Part shown: one piece after another, positions 36,384 to 45,641 of the stretch
Layout: each line of letters opens with the position of its first letter
How positions within the stretch are numbered: the first letter of the stretch is position 1
Assembly (NCBI GenBank): GCA_017646325.1
Contig: JAGCMU010000038.1
Span: forward strand, 1-47,906
DNA length: 47,906 nt
From: Kiritimatiellia bacterium
GTDB lineage: Bacteria > Verrucomicrobiota > Kiritimatiellia > RFP12 > UBA1067
Direction of reading: 5' to 3'
Notes under the pieces: model-generated
Told to the model about the DNA's origin: nothing
What the model saw: only the letters and a program-made list of their open reading frames with translations
Database searches by the model: none
Translations under genes and position numbers: made by a program

Positions 36384-37784
36384 ATGAAGAGAAGAGGATT
36401 TCTTAAAGCAGCGTTAGCGGCGGGTGCATTTCCGTTCATTCCTGGTTGCGCCACAGGAAATGGTTCTTGTGGAGATAAGGTAAGACTTGCTTGTATCGGT
36501 ATTGGCTGTCAAGGGTGGAACGACATTCAGGAATTCGCCAAAACAAACAACTGCGTTTTCACCGCTTTCTGCGACACAGACATGTTCGCGCCGCATACTC
36601 AGCCAGCTCTTAAACGCTTCCCTAAGGCTCGTCTCTTCCGTGACTTCCGTAAGATGTTTGACGAAATGGCAGGCAAGATTGACGCAGTTGCCGTCATGAA
36701 CCCAGACTTTTCTCACTTCCCTGCGACAATGATGGCCATGAAGCTCGGCCTTCCAGTATACGTCGAAAAGCCGCTCGCACACACATTTGAAGAATGCGAA
36801 ATTCTCATGGCTGCAGAAAAGGCGTATGGCGTAGTAACTCAAATGGGTAACCAAGGTCATTCCGGCGACAACTACTACCAATTTGAAGAATATACGAGAA
36901 ACGGAATTCTCGATCCAAAGAATGTCGCAAAAATCGTCACTCACATGAACAACCCTCGTCGTTGGCACAAGTGGAATGCAAAGAAGACGATTCCAATGGG
37001 AGAAGCCGCATCAATGCCTGCAACTCTTGATTGGGATACATGGCTCGGCACTGCCGCTTATCGTGAATACTCCAAGGATTACGTCTATGGCGAATGGAGA
37101 TGCTGGTACGAATTGGGTTGCGGCTGCTTGGGCGACTGGGGCGCGCACACAATGGATACGACGCACCGCTTCTTCAAGCTCGGTCTTCCTGAAGAAATCA
37201 AGATTTCAAACGTCCAAGGCTGGAACAAATACGTATTCCCAATGCAGGATACGCTCGTATTCAAGTTCCCCAAAACGGCTGAACGCGACGCAATCGACCT
37301 TGAATGGTACGAAGGCGTAAACAACCGTCCGACACTTCCAAAGGGATATAAATTCTTAGGATGGAACAACTCCATTCCAACGGCTGCAGGTTCTACAGCA
37401 AAGGACGCGCAAAAGCTCGTTCCTGGCAAGGAAATCTACATGAAGGACGGCACCGTATGGCAAGGCGGCTCACACTCCTCAAGAATCCTTCGCGTCGGAG
37501 CGCAGAACGAAAAGTTGCCTGAATTCCAAAAGCCCACTTCAACCCACTGGAATAACTTCCTCCTCGCGGTTATGGGCAAGGAAAAGGCACACTCTCCATT
37601 CTCAGTATCAGCACCTCTTTCTCAGGTATTCATGCTCGGCTGCATAACGCAATATCTCAACCGTGACGTGAAGTTCGACCCTGTCAAGAAGCAGTTCATC
37701 GGCGATGAAGAAGCAAACAAGCTCCTCAAGGGCTTTGGTTGCAATACTCCTCGCAAGGGCTGGGAACATTTTTATAAAATCTAA
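36384..37784 (+). CDS. Gfo/Idh/MocA-family oxidoreductase with twin-arginine (TAT) signal
   Basis: MKRRGFLKAALAAGAF (RR motif), Rossmann start VRLACIGIGCQGW and the EKP motif (YVEKPLAHT). Confidence 0.8.
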   Translation: MKRRGFLKAALAAGAFPFIPGCATGNGSCGDKVRLACIGIGCQGWNDIQEFAKTNNCVFTAFCDTDMFAPHTQPALKRFPKARLFRDFRKMFDEMAGKIDAVAVMNPDFSHFPATMMAMKLGLPVYVEKPLAHTFEECEILMAAEKAYGVVTQMGNQGHSGDNYYQFEEYTRNGILDPKNVAKIVTHMNNPRRWHKWNAKKTIPMGEAASMPATLDWDTWLGTAAYREYSKDYVYGEWRCWYELGCGCLGDWGAHTMDTTHRFFKLGLPEEIKISNVQGWNKYVFPMQDTLVFKFPKTAERDAIDLEWYEGVNNRPTLPKGYKFLGWNNSIPTAAGSTAKDAQKLVPGKEIYMKDGTVWQGGSHSSRILRVGAQNEKLPEFQKPTSTHWNNFLLAVMGKEKAHSPFSVSAPLSQVFMLGCITQYLNRDVKFDPVKKQFIGDEEANKLLKGFGCNTPRKGWEHFYKI

Positions 37785-37801
37785 CACAAGGAAAAAAAAA
37801 C

Positions 37802-38389
37802 ATGAAAAAACTTCTTTTAGCGGCATGTGCAATTGCTATGTGCGCTTCAGTCTATGCTCAAGACAAAAAAGATAAAAAAGACGCAGCTCCTGCTCAAACA
37901 CCTGTCGTTCAGGAAGCACCTGCCGAAAAAGCAACCTGGCCAGTACCGGTCGCATTGAATTCCACAAAGAATATCGATGTCGTCGGTATACGCTTTACTT
38001 TGCCTTATGGCGATAGCGAACACGTAACAGGCTTTGATCTTGGTTTGTTCGGCCGTTGCCGTTACTTTGAAGGCTTTCAGCTCAACCTCGTCAGAAACGA
38101 TGTAAAGGATATTCTCGCAGGCGTTCAAATTGGTCTTTACAACTCCGCAGGCCGTGCAGATTTGTGCGGTGTTCAAATCGGTCTTTGGAACGAAGTCGGT
38201 TCGATTAGCGGTGTTCAAGTAGGCTTGGTGAACCTTGCTGAATCCGTCTACGGTTTGCAAGTTGGTGTAATCAACCGCACTGAAACTGCATACGGCTTCC
38301 AGGTTGGCGGCGTCAACGCAATCCGTGACAGCCAAATGCCATTCTTGCCTCTCGTAAACATTGGTCTCGATCAATTCGCAAGATACTAA
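37802..38389 (+). CDS. Secreted repeat protein with about eight tandem 14-16-aa G-x-Q-[IVL]-G-[LV]-x-N units (LA_2272-like surface-repeat type)
   Basis: Signal peptide MKKLLLAACAIAMCASVYA. Repeats: GFQLNLVRN, GVQIGLYNS, GVQIGLWNE, GVQVGLVNL, GLQVGVINR, GFQVGGVNA. Confidence 0.65.
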   Translation: MKKLLLAACAIAMCASVYAQDKKDKKDAAPAQTPVVQEAPAEKATWPVPVALNSTKNIDVVGIRFTLPYGDSEHVTGFDLGLFGRCRYFEGFQLNLVRNDVKDILAGVQIGLYNSAGRADLCGVQIGLWNEVGSISGVQVGLVNLAESVYGLQVGVINRTETAYGFQVGGVNAIRDSQMPFLPLVNIGLDQFARY

Positions 38390-38405
38390 TAGCAGAAAAC
38401 AAAAA

Positions 38406-39611
38406 ATGAACATTCGTCCATTTAATGCAATAAAGCCGCGCCCTTCGTCAGTTGCGAACGTCGCGGCTGTTCCTTATGATGTCGTAGACACTGCAGAAGC
38501 CAAGGCTCTTGCCTCTGGCAATCCCGAAAGCTTCCTCCATGTCTCACGCCCTGAAATCGACCTCCCGGAAGGCACTTCGTGTTCTTCAAAGGAAGCGTAC
38601 GAACAGGCTCGCAAGACTCTTGATTCTTTCGTGGAACAAGGAATTCTCGCAAAAGATAATGACAGCGCTTTTTACGCATACCGTCAGATTATGGGCAGCC
38701 ACTCTCAAACCGGTATCGTCGCCACTTTTGATACGCACGAATATCTCAACGGCAGTTTGAAGCGCCATGAAAAAACACGTGCCGACAAAGAAGACGACCG
38801 TACGCGCCATATTGCAACGCTCAATGCGCAAACGGGCCCTGTTTTCTTGACATACCGCGACACCTTGTCAATTGCCGAATTTACCGCCAAGGCTTGTGAA
38901 AGTGAACCGATTTACGATTTTGTCGCAGATGACGGAATCCGCCATACAGTTTGGAAATTCCCTCTTGAAGCGAATGAAGAAATCGTAAAAATGTTCTCTT
39001 CGATTCCTGCGGCATATATCGCAGACGGCCACCATCGCGCGGCGGCAGCTTCGCGCATGGCAAAAGAAAAGAATTTTGAAGGCGAAGCCGCATGGTTTAT
39101 GGCAGTAGCATTTCCTTCAAAACAGCTTAAACTTCTTCCATACAATCGTCTCATTGCCGACTTGAACGGTCTTTCGAAAGAAGATGTTCTTGCCAAGGCA
39201 AAAGAAATCTTCACCGTTACAGAAGCTGAAAACGGCGAAGTGGCGGAGTCTCGTCATGCGCGTATGTTCCTTGACGGCAAATGGTATGATATCGCATGGG
39301 AAGTTCCAGCCGATGCCGACGTAGTGTCGTCACTTGACGTTTCCGTCCTTCAAGACCGCTTCCTCGCGCCTGTTTTAGGCATTGACGATCCGCGTACATC
39401 TTCACGCATTTCCTTTATGGGTGGAATCCGCGGACTTGACGAGCTTGCTGGGCGCGTAACATCAGGTCGTGATGCGATTGCGTTTTCAATGTATCCTGTG
39501 ACAGTCGACGAGATGATGGCTATCGCAGATGCCGATGCAATCATGCCTCCAAAATCTACGTGGTTTGAACCTAAACTCCGTTCAGGGCTTTTTGTTCACT
39601 CTCTCGATTAA
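38406..39611 (+). CDS. DUF1015-family protein
   Basis: I chose the start MNIRPFNAIKPRPSSVANVAAVPYDVVDT at the ATG at 38406, because the track's upstream extension overlaps the previous gene. IADGHHRAAAA and the overall length fit DUF1015. Confidence 0.7.
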   Translation: MNIRPFNAIKPRPSSVANVAAVPYDVVDTAEAKALASGNPESFLHVSRPEIDLPEGTSCSSKEAYEQARKTLDSFVEQGILAKDNDSAFYAYRQIMGSHSQTGIVATFDTHEYLNGSLKRHEKTRADKEDDRTRHIATLNAQTGPVFLTYRDTLSIAEFTAKACESEPIYDFVADDGIRHTVWKFPLEANEEIVKMFSSIPAAYIADGHHRAAAASRMAKEKNFEGEAAWFMAVAFPSKQLKLLPYNRLIADLNGLSKEDVLAKAKEIFTVTEAENGEVAESRHARMFLDGKWYDIAWEVPADADVVSSLDVSVLQDRFLAPVLGIDDPRTSSRISFMGGIRGLDELAGRVTSGRDAIAFSMYPVTVDEMMAIADADAIMPPKSTWFEPKLRSGLFVHSLD

Positions 39612-39623
39612 GATTTGCGCAAA

Positions 39624-40157
39624 ATGAAATTACTCAACAGATGGGGACGCCAGGCGCGAATTTTCTTGAAAAAGATTGTTCGCGAAAAAGCGTCCCCTGA
39701 GTATATCGCCAAAGGGTGGGCACTCGGTATGTTTATTGGGTGCTTTATTCCTTTTGGTTGCCAATTGATTATTTCCATCCCTCTTTCCTACAAGATGAAG
39801 TGCAGCAAGATCGGCGCGACTCTTGGCACTTTAATAACGAACCCCGTATCGATAATTTTCCTCTACCCTCTTCAATGCGTAATTGGGTCCACCCTTTGCG
39901 GCGGCATCCTCTCCCCTCAAGCCATAGAGGAAGGTGTACAAAAACTGTCTAACGCGTCAGTGTTCTCCGCCGAAGGATTGAAGGTCATATCCAGTATGGG
40001 CGGAGATTTAATCGCTTCTTTTTTCCTCGGCGGATTGGTGTACGCCTTAGTTTTAACGCCAATCACTTATATCTTCATTAAAAAAGCCGTCATAGCACAC
40101 CGCAAAAAAGCCGAGGAAAAGAAACGTGGAAAATCCATTCAAAAAACGTCTCATTGA
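39624..40157 (+). CDS. DUF2062-family membrane protein
   Basis: KGWALGMFIGCFIPFGCQLIISIPLS followed by further TM segments. The start is the ATG at 39624; the track used the TTG at 39615. Confidence 0.6.
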   Translation: MKLLNRWGRQARIFLKKIVREKASPEYIAKGWALGMFIGCFIPFGCQLIISIPLSYKMKCSKIGATLGTLITNPVSIIFLYPLQCVIGSTLCGGILSPQAIEEGVQKLSNASVFSAEGLKVISSMGGDLIASFFLGGLVYALVLTPITYIFIKKAVIAHRKKAEEKKRGKSIQKTSH

Positions 40158-41193
40158 TCTTTACGACCAAGGAATCAAACAGAAGCTCGATGCGATTATC
40201 CTTTTCGGGGAATCAAACATCAAATCCCTCGTCGGATATTCTTGCGATAACGCATGTTTGATTATCGATATAAAAGAAGATTCTTATTCCTTTTACACCG
40301 ACTCGCGCTACGACGTTGAGGCAAAACGCCTTGCTCCATGGCTTGACGTCCATTTGATGTGGGACGAGACGAAAAGCGAATCGCGGTTTTTCAAGAACTT
40401 TTCGAAACAATGGAAACGAATCGGCTTTGAAGGAAGTATTACCGCTTCGCGATATATTGTCCTTTCAACGACTCTGAAGAAAACAAAATTCATCGATGTT
40501 GAAAACGACATCCTTTCGTTGCGGTCGGTAAAAACGCCGTATGAAATCAGGGCGATTGCGAAAGCCGAAGCGATGACCGACAAGGTATGGTCTCTTGCGT
40601 GTGAAAAGATTTCTTACGGGATGACTGAAAAAGAGATTCGGAAAATCATCCGTGGAATTATGAACGAGCTTGGTGCGGACGGAGAAGCGTTTCCGACTAT
40701 CGTATGCGCCGGCGCAAACTCGGCGGAGTGCCACCACATTCCGGATGATACGGTGTGGAAAAAAGGTGAGCCGCTCCTCGTCGATATGGGAGTAAAGCTG
40801 GACGGATACTGCTCTGACATGACCCGCAACATTCCCGCTCTCGACGACGAGGAATACATGAAGATTTATCGCATCGTATTGAAGGCAAACAAAGCGGCGA
40901 TAAAGGCGGCGAAAAAAGGTATGACGTGCAAGGAGATTGATGATGTCGCAAGAAAAATAATAAGCGACGCGGGATATGCGAAAGAGTTCTGCCATTCGCT
41001 CGGCCATGGCGTAGGTATTGACATTCACGAATCCCCTACTCTCCATCCGAGATTTCAATCTTCACTTGAAGAAAATATGGTCGTTACAATCGAGCCGGGA
41101 ATTTACATCGCAGGCAAATTTGGAGTGCGTATTGAAGACTTGATTGTTATCACATCCAAAGGTTCAAGACGCCTTTCTCACTCCTCAAAATAA
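40126..41193 (+). CDS. M24-family Xaa-Pro aminopeptidase/dipeptidase
   Basis: HSLGHGVGIDIHESP, VTIEPGIY, VRIEDLIV and LVDMGVKLDGYCSDMTR (metal ligands). GTG start; it overlaps the upstream gene by 32 nt. Confidence 0.8.
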   Translation: MENPFKKRLIDLYDQGIKQKLDAIILFGESNIKSLVGYSCDNACLIIDIKEDSYSFYTDSRYDVEAKRLAPWLDVHLMWDETKSESRFFKNFSKQWKRIGFEGSITASRYIVLSTTLKKTKFIDVENDILSLRSVKTPYEIRAIAKAEAMTDKVWSLACEKISYGMTEKEIRKIIRGIMNELGADGEAFPTIVCAGANSAECHHIPDDTVWKKGEPLLVDMGVKLDGYCSDMTRNIPALDDEEYMKIYRIVLKANKAAIKAAKKGMTCKEIDDVARKIISDAGYAKEFCHSLGHGVGIDIHESPTLHPRFQSSLEENMVVTIEPGIYIAGKFGVRIEDLIVITSKGSRRLSHSSK

Positions 41194-41254
41194 TTGACTT
41201 CCCCTTAAAAACGAGGATTTTGGGGCGGCAATAAAAAAAACTTAAATTCCCCCC

Positions 41255-41283
41255 TTGCATCAAATCCAATTTTATGATACAAT
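41255..41283 (+). promoter_or_regulatory. Sigma70-like promoter (TTGCAT-17-TGaTACAAT) for the tRNA-Leu/tRNA-Tyr pair
   Basis: TTGCAT at 41255-41260 and TACAAT at 41278-41283, preceded by TGa. The tRNA starts about 20 nt downstream. Confidence 0.5.
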
Positions 41284-41302
41284 TATACGAGTTTTCACAC
41301 AC

Positions 41303-41387
41303 GCTCGGGTGGTGAAATTGGCAGACACGCATGCTTGAGGTGCATGTGGAGAGATCCTTGCGGGTTCGAGTCCCGCCCCGAGCACCA
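41303..41387 (+). tRNA. tRNA-Leu (anticodon GAG), class II, CCA encoded
   Basis: GCTCGGGTGGTGAAATTGGCAGACACGCATGCTTGAGGTGCATGTGGAGAGATCCTTGCGGGTTCGAGTCCCGCCCCGAGCACCA. Anticodon stem CATGC/GCATG, loop TTGAGGT, long variable arm. Confidence 0.9.
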
Positions 41388-41390
41388 TTA

Positions 41391-41475
41391 GGTGAGATAC
41401 TCAAGCGGTCAACGAGGGCAGACTGTAAATCTGCTGGCTACGCCTTCCAAGGTTCGAATCCTTGTCTCACCACCA
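41391..41475 (+). tRNA. tRNA-Tyr (anticodon GTA), long variable arm, CCA encoded
   Basis: GGTGAGATACTCAAGCGGTCAACGAGGGCAGACTGTAAATCTGCTGGCTACGCCTTCCAAGGTTCGAATCCTTGTCTCACCACCA. Closely colinear with bacterial tRNA-Tyr. Confidence 0.9.
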
Positions 41476-41493
41476 CTTCCAGCAAATCAAACC

Positions 41494-42291
41494 ATGAAAG
41501 AGACTTGTACAATTTTAGTTTGCTCGTGTGATGCTTATGGTGATTTATTAAAACCTTTCTCAAAACTCTTCTTGAAATATTGGCGCGATTGTCCCTTTGA
41601 AAAAGTTTTAGTGACTCAATCTCCGCTTGATGATAATTTATGTTTTGACCGCGTTATTTCTTGCGGCATTGATACGACTTGGTGCGAACGTTTAGTTTGT
41701 GCGTTAAAGCAGATTTCAACTCCGTACGTTTTGATGTTGTGCGATGATTATTATTTGGAATCCAGCGTAAACACTTCCGCCATCGCAAAAAGGCTTGAAC
41801 AAATCAAAAAATTAAACGGAGTCAATTTGCGTTTAATCCCAAACCCAAAAATCAACAAGGCCTCTGCAATGCCCGTGGAAGGCGAAAACCTTTTTGAATA
41901 CAAAAAGAACATTGCCTATTCAATATCCACTTTGGCCGGTTTTTGGAATCGCGAATTTCTGATAAATCTATCGATGGGAAAATCAAGCATTTGGGAATTT
42001 GAAAGATATGGCAGTTTTTCCTGTTCAGACGAATCCCGGCCTATTCTCGTGACACCGTCAAAAGAATTTCCATTTCTCGATGTGGTACATAAAGGGTATT
42101 GGGAAAAATATGGAGTTGAGTTGTGCCTGTCAAACGGCATTGATCTTGATTTGTCATCACGCACGCTTCCTCCTTTCAGCGTAAAGACAAAAGAATTTTT
42201 CAAGGCCTTGATATTTGCGATTTTCCCCAACACCTTGATCGTAAAAACTCAAAATGCCCTCTCGCTCGGCGCGAAGGAAAAGAAGAGGTAA
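41494..42291 (+). CDS. Polysaccharide-biosynthesis protein, putative GT-A-like glycosyltransferase
   Basis: I trimmed the start to the ATG at 41494 (MKETCTILVCSCDAYGDLL), because the track ORF start lies inside tRNA-Tyr. VLMLCDDYYL is a possible DxD-type motif. The family assignment is uncertain. Confidence 0.5.
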   Translation: MKETCTILVCSCDAYGDLLKPFSKLFLKYWRDCPFEKVLVTQSPLDDNLCFDRVISCGIDTTWCERLVCALKQISTPYVLMLCDDYYLESSVNTSAIAKRLEQIKKLNGVNLRLIPNPKINKASAMPVEGENLFEYKKNIAYSISTLAGFWNREFLINLSMGKSSIWEFERYGSFSCSDESRPILVTPSKEFPFLDVVHKGYWEKYGVELCLSNGIDLDLSSRTLPPFSVKTKEFFKALIFAIFPNTLIVKTQNALSLGAKEKKR

Positions 42292-42299
42292 GAAGAGAC

Positions 42300-43484
42300 G
42301 TGGCAAAAAAGAGGTTCATAATATCTGCGTTCGCTTTAAGCTCTTCCTCTACGATGGGGGGGAATTCAAAGATTTGCCTTGAAATTGCGCGTCACCTCTC
42401 AAAAGAATTTGAAGTGCACCTTGTAACAACAAGTGAAAAAACACTTACTGTAACGAATACTCTCGGGACATTGGAAAATCTCTTTATTCATACCGTAGAC
42501 CCCTATCCCAAAAGCGAGATGGGGCACCCTTTTCAAAGCAGCAGACATTATACAAAATCATTAAACGGCGTTCTTGAAAAATTAAACGCTTGCGAAAATG
42601 ATATTGTGTATGCGTGCAGTGATTTTCACATTGATACGATACCGTGTTTACGCCTGAAAAAGAAGTACCGTTACAAATGGATTGGCGTACAATTCCTTTT
42701 CATCCCTTTTATTTTTGAAAACATCTTCAAGGGATACAAATTCCCTACGTTCAAATACCTGCTCGCGTGGTTTTATTCAACCTTCTTGTTCCGTTTGGCA
42801 AAATCAAAGGCCGACGCTTTCGTCATTACGAACGATTCTGACAGAACTCACTTTTCGAAAAAATTCCAAAACAGAATTTTCGCTTTTTACGGCGGCGTCA
42901 ATGTTGATCAAATCCCTGTCTACGACGCTCTCCGGACAAGAGATGTTGTATTCTGTTCCCGATTGCATCCGCAAAAAGGGATTGACGGTTTTTTAGACGT
43001 CTGGAAAATTGTTCACGAGAAAAATCCCGAGGCAAAACTTTCTGTTATCGGCAACGGTGAAAAGCCGTATGAAGAGTATCTTAAAAACAAAGCCATGCGC
43101 CTTGGTATTGACGGATCGGTTGAATGGCTTGGATATGTAAATGACGCGCCGAAATATGAAATCTACCGAAGTTCGCGAATTATGGTTCATCCTACGGTTT
43201 ATGACAACAACGGCATGGTTGCCGCCGAAGCGCTTTGCAGCGGACTTCCCGTTGTTATGTACGACCTTCCGTCTTTAAAAACTCTTTACACGAAGGGATG
43301 CATAAAAATTCCTTTTGGAAATAAAGAAGAGTTTGCAAAATGTATTTTGAACCTTTTATCTGACAGACAATTTTATGACGCAACTATTCCCCACAAAGAA
43401 ACCCTGGAAGGATTGAGACATCATTGGTCGTGGGGTAACAGAGTTGAATGTTTTAAAAAGTGGATGGAGGATTGTTCATTATGA
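42300..43484 (+). CDS. GT4-family (group 1) glycosyltransferase
   Basis: SRLHPQKGIDGFLDVW and VHPTVYDNNGMVAAEALCSGLPVV (EX7E region). GTG start. Confidence 0.8.
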   Translation: MAKKRFIISAFALSSSSTMGGNSKICLEIARHLSKEFEVHLVTTSEKTLTVTNTLGTLENLFIHTVDPYPKSEMGHPFQSSRHYTKSLNGVLEKLNACENDIVYACSDFHIDTIPCLRLKKKYRYKWIGVQFLFIPFIFENIFKGYKFPTFKYLLAWFYSTFLFRLAKSKADAFVITNDSDRTHFSKKFQNRIFAFYGGVNVDQIPVYDALRTRDVVFCSRLHPQKGIDGFLDVWKIVHEKNPEAKLSVIGNGEKPYEEYLKNKAMRLGIDGSVEWLGYVNDAPKYEIYRSSRIMVHPTVYDNNGMVAAEALCSGLPVVMYDLPSLKTLYTKGCIKIPFGNKEEFAKCILNLLSDRQFYDATIPHKETLEGLRHHWSWGNRVECFKKWMEDCSL

Positions 43485-44818
43485 AATGGCTTTCTCGCAT
43501 CCGCTCCCGTTTCGGCGACTTTTGGTGGTATTCCGCATTGATTTTTATAGCGTCGCGATTTGGCGATGCAATAAATATCTTCATCGGTGCGTGGCTCGTC
43601 CCCAAATACATCCCGTCCGAAGAACTTGGCGCCGTTTTGCCCCTTTCTGTTTTTTCGTCCACTCTTGGCTTACCGATAGCCATTTTTGGAATTGTTTTCC
43701 TAAAGCATGTAAATGTATTGGCTACGGAAAAAAAATACGGGCAGTTGAAAACTTTATTGCGAAGCGTTTTCATATCTATTGCCGTTACTTTCCTCATAAT
43801 TCTTCTATCGGCAATCATCATAATGCCTCATTTCTTTGAACGTATCCGCGTTGCAAGAGGCTCGCTGGGAATTCTCATTGTCGCAACGGGATTTTTAGGT
43901 TCTGTCGCCCCGATTTATTCAAATGCGCTGCAAGCGTTGAAACGATTTAAAACAATATCTCTTTTGCACATACTGGGCGCACCGATAAGACTCGTTGTAA
44001 TGCTTATAACACTGCCGTTTCGGCCTCTTGCAAGTTACTTTGCCGCGCAATCATCAATATCTCTGACAAGTATTTTTATCAGCATTTTTTCATTGCGGAA
44101 AGAAATTTCCCCATCCGTCAAACCTGAACCGTATTGGACAAAAGAAAATACAAAAGAGATTTTACGATACACCCTTTTCGTAACGCTTTATTTCTTGCCT
44201 GGCGTGGTTAACCTTATAGAAACGACTATAATCCGCCAACGGCTTCCCTCCATGGACTCTGCTGCATATTACATGATTTCTCGATTCGCCGAAATAAGCA
44301 TGTACGCATCAGGTGCCATTTTAACCGTCTTGTTCCCGTTCGTTTCCGAGGCGGCAGCTAAAAACGAAAAACGTTATCGATTGATTATTCGCGCCGTTTT
44401 GGCAGCAATCGCGTTTGGGCTTTTCTGTACCGTGATATTCTTTTTCTTTGGAGACAGACTGCTCTCGCTGCTTCCCAACGGCGAGCTATATTCAGCCTAC
44501 ACTCCTCAATTATCCATTTTGACAATATCCTTGACGTTGGGGGCTGCATTGAATTGTATGATATTGTCTTTCGCCGCTGAAAAGAATTTCCGATTCCTTT
44601 GGTGGTGGCTGCCAATACACATTGCATACGGAGCTGCGCTGTTATTCATTACCGGATATGGATACATAGAACAATATCTTCCAGAATCTGTTATTTCTGT
44701 TCTCAAAGAAATTAATGGATATGGTCTAAACTTTATCCTTACGGCAATGTTGACATTGTCTATCGTAAAACTCCTCTTTTGCTCTCTTCCCATAAACTGC
44801 AAGAAGGAACGATCATGA
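43481..44818 (+). CDS. Wzx-like polysaccharide/oligosaccharide flippase (MOP superfamily), multi-pass membrane protein
   Basis: About 12 hydrophobic segments across ~445 aa. The ATG at 43481 forms an ATGA overlap with the GT4 stop. Confidence 0.65.
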   Translation: MKWLSRIRSRFGDFWWYSALIFIASRFGDAINIFIGAWLVPKYIPSEELGAVLPLSVFSSTLGLPIAIFGIVFLKHVNVLATEKKYGQLKTLLRSVFISIAVTFLIILLSAIIIMPHFFERIRVARGSLGILIVATGFLGSVAPIYSNALQALKRFKTISLLHILGAPIRLVVMLITLPFRPLASYFAAQSSISLTSIFISIFSLRKEISPSVKPEPYWTKENTKEILRYTLFVTLYFLPGVVNLIETTIIRQRLPSMDSAAYYMISRFAEISMYASGAILTVLFPFVSEAAAKNEKRYRLIIRAVLAAIAFGLFCTVIFFFFGDRLLSLLPNGELYSAYTPQLSILTISLTLGAALNCMILSFAAEKNFRFLWWWLPIHIAYGAALLFITGYGYIEQYLPESVISVLKEINGYGLNFILTAMLTLSIVKLLFCSLPINCKKERS

Positions 44819-45594
44819 GTGACATCGTTGTTTTTTCAGTCGTCCGCGATTTTTCAATGTATAAAAAATGCATGGAAGAAAATCCTTTCCTTGACGGATG
44901 CGAACTTGCTCCATACGACAACAGAAAAACAAACGACCATATTTCCACGGCCTACAACAAATTGATAAACACGCGCCCTGTAAACGAAGATGCGTGGTAT
45001 ATGTTCGCACATGAAGATTTCCAGTTGCAGGAAAGTTTAAAACCACATTTGGAAGATTTAGATAAGAATGTTCTCTGGGGACCGATCGGAGCTGCGACAA
45101 AACCGCGATTTGGGATTTATTACCAATGGCAATTACTCGGCAAAATAGAGGAGTGTAAAAAAGACGGCAGCGATGTAAGGCCTGTTGGCAGAAGTGTTAT
45201 GAAAGGCACGCAAGTTGATACGTTTGATTGCCAATCACTGATCGTGCATTCATCCCTGATTCAACAACACAATCTCCGCTTTGATGAAAAGCTTTCCTTC
45301 GATTTATACGTTGAGGATTTCTGCATACAGGCCCGCGAAAAAGCAAACATCCTTTCAAAGATTCTTCCATTGAAAGCCCGCCATTGGAGCGGAGGAAATG
45401 TTCAAAAGCGTTACTACGAACAAGAATCTTACCTCAACAAAAAATATCCCTCTTCGTGCTACACCGGAACATCATCCTGGACCCTCGGCGGCAAAATCCC
45501 CTTTTTCTGGAGATTGACAGTAGCGGTAAAGCGATTCTGTCGCGCGGGACGGAGCCTGAATCGCGCAGGACGGAGCCTGCGCTTCAGGACTTAG
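44815..45594 (+). CDS. Glycosyltransferase-like protein (GT2_5-like small family); the C-terminal 18 aa are encoded by REP-like repeat DNA
   Basis: The ATG at 44815 forms an ATGA overlap with the flippase stop. IVVFSVVRDFSMYKKC… and FAHEDF resemble the 'glycosyltransferase like family' fold. The tail is CRAGRSLNRAGRSLRFRT. Confidence 0.55.
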   Translation: MSDIVVFSVVRDFSMYKKCMEENPFLDGCELAPYDNRKTNDHISTAYNKLINTRPVNEDAWYMFAHEDFQLQESLKPHLEDLDKNVLWGPIGAATKPRFGIYYQWQLLGKIEECKKDGSDVRPVGRSVMKGTQVDTFDCQSLIVHSSLIQQHNLRFDEKLSFDLYVEDFCIQAREKANILSKILPLKARHWSGGNVQKRYYEQESYLNKKYPSSCYTGTSSWTLGGKIPFFWRLTVAVKRFCRAGRSLNRAGRSLRFRT

Positions 45595-45629
45595 TATCTC
45601 AGGGCTATTCGTGATAGAAGCTTTAGGTC
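45559..45629 (+). repeat. Direct-repeat copy 1 (71 bp) containing a REP-like hairpin
   Basis: 64 of 71 positions are identical to 47434-47504, including a 32-nt perfect run GCGCTTCAGGACTTAGTATCTCAGGGCTATTC. Hairpin GCGCAGG-acggag-CCTGCGC at 45563-45582. A partial 21-bp tandem unit lies at 45542-45562. Confidence 0.9.
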
Positions 45630-45641
45630 TGGAGAAGAATA

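Noticed and set aside
41194-41254. Terminator after the M24 peptidase gene (CCCC…GGGG segment)
   Set aside because: The stem is only 4 GC pairs plus interrupted A/T pairs, and it has no U-tract. That is not convincing.
41150-41531. ORFs 41150-41404 (-), 41331-41531 (+) and the first 34 codons of ORF 41392-42291
   Set aside because: They are translations of the tRNA-Leu and tRNA-Tyr genes. The downstream CDS was trimmed to the ATG at 41494.
45542-45590. Possible CRISPR-like or tandem array (GGACGGAGCCTG repeated at 21-bp spacing)
   Set aside because: There are only about two units, no spacers of CRISPR size and no cas genes. It is better explained as a partial duplication of a REP unit.
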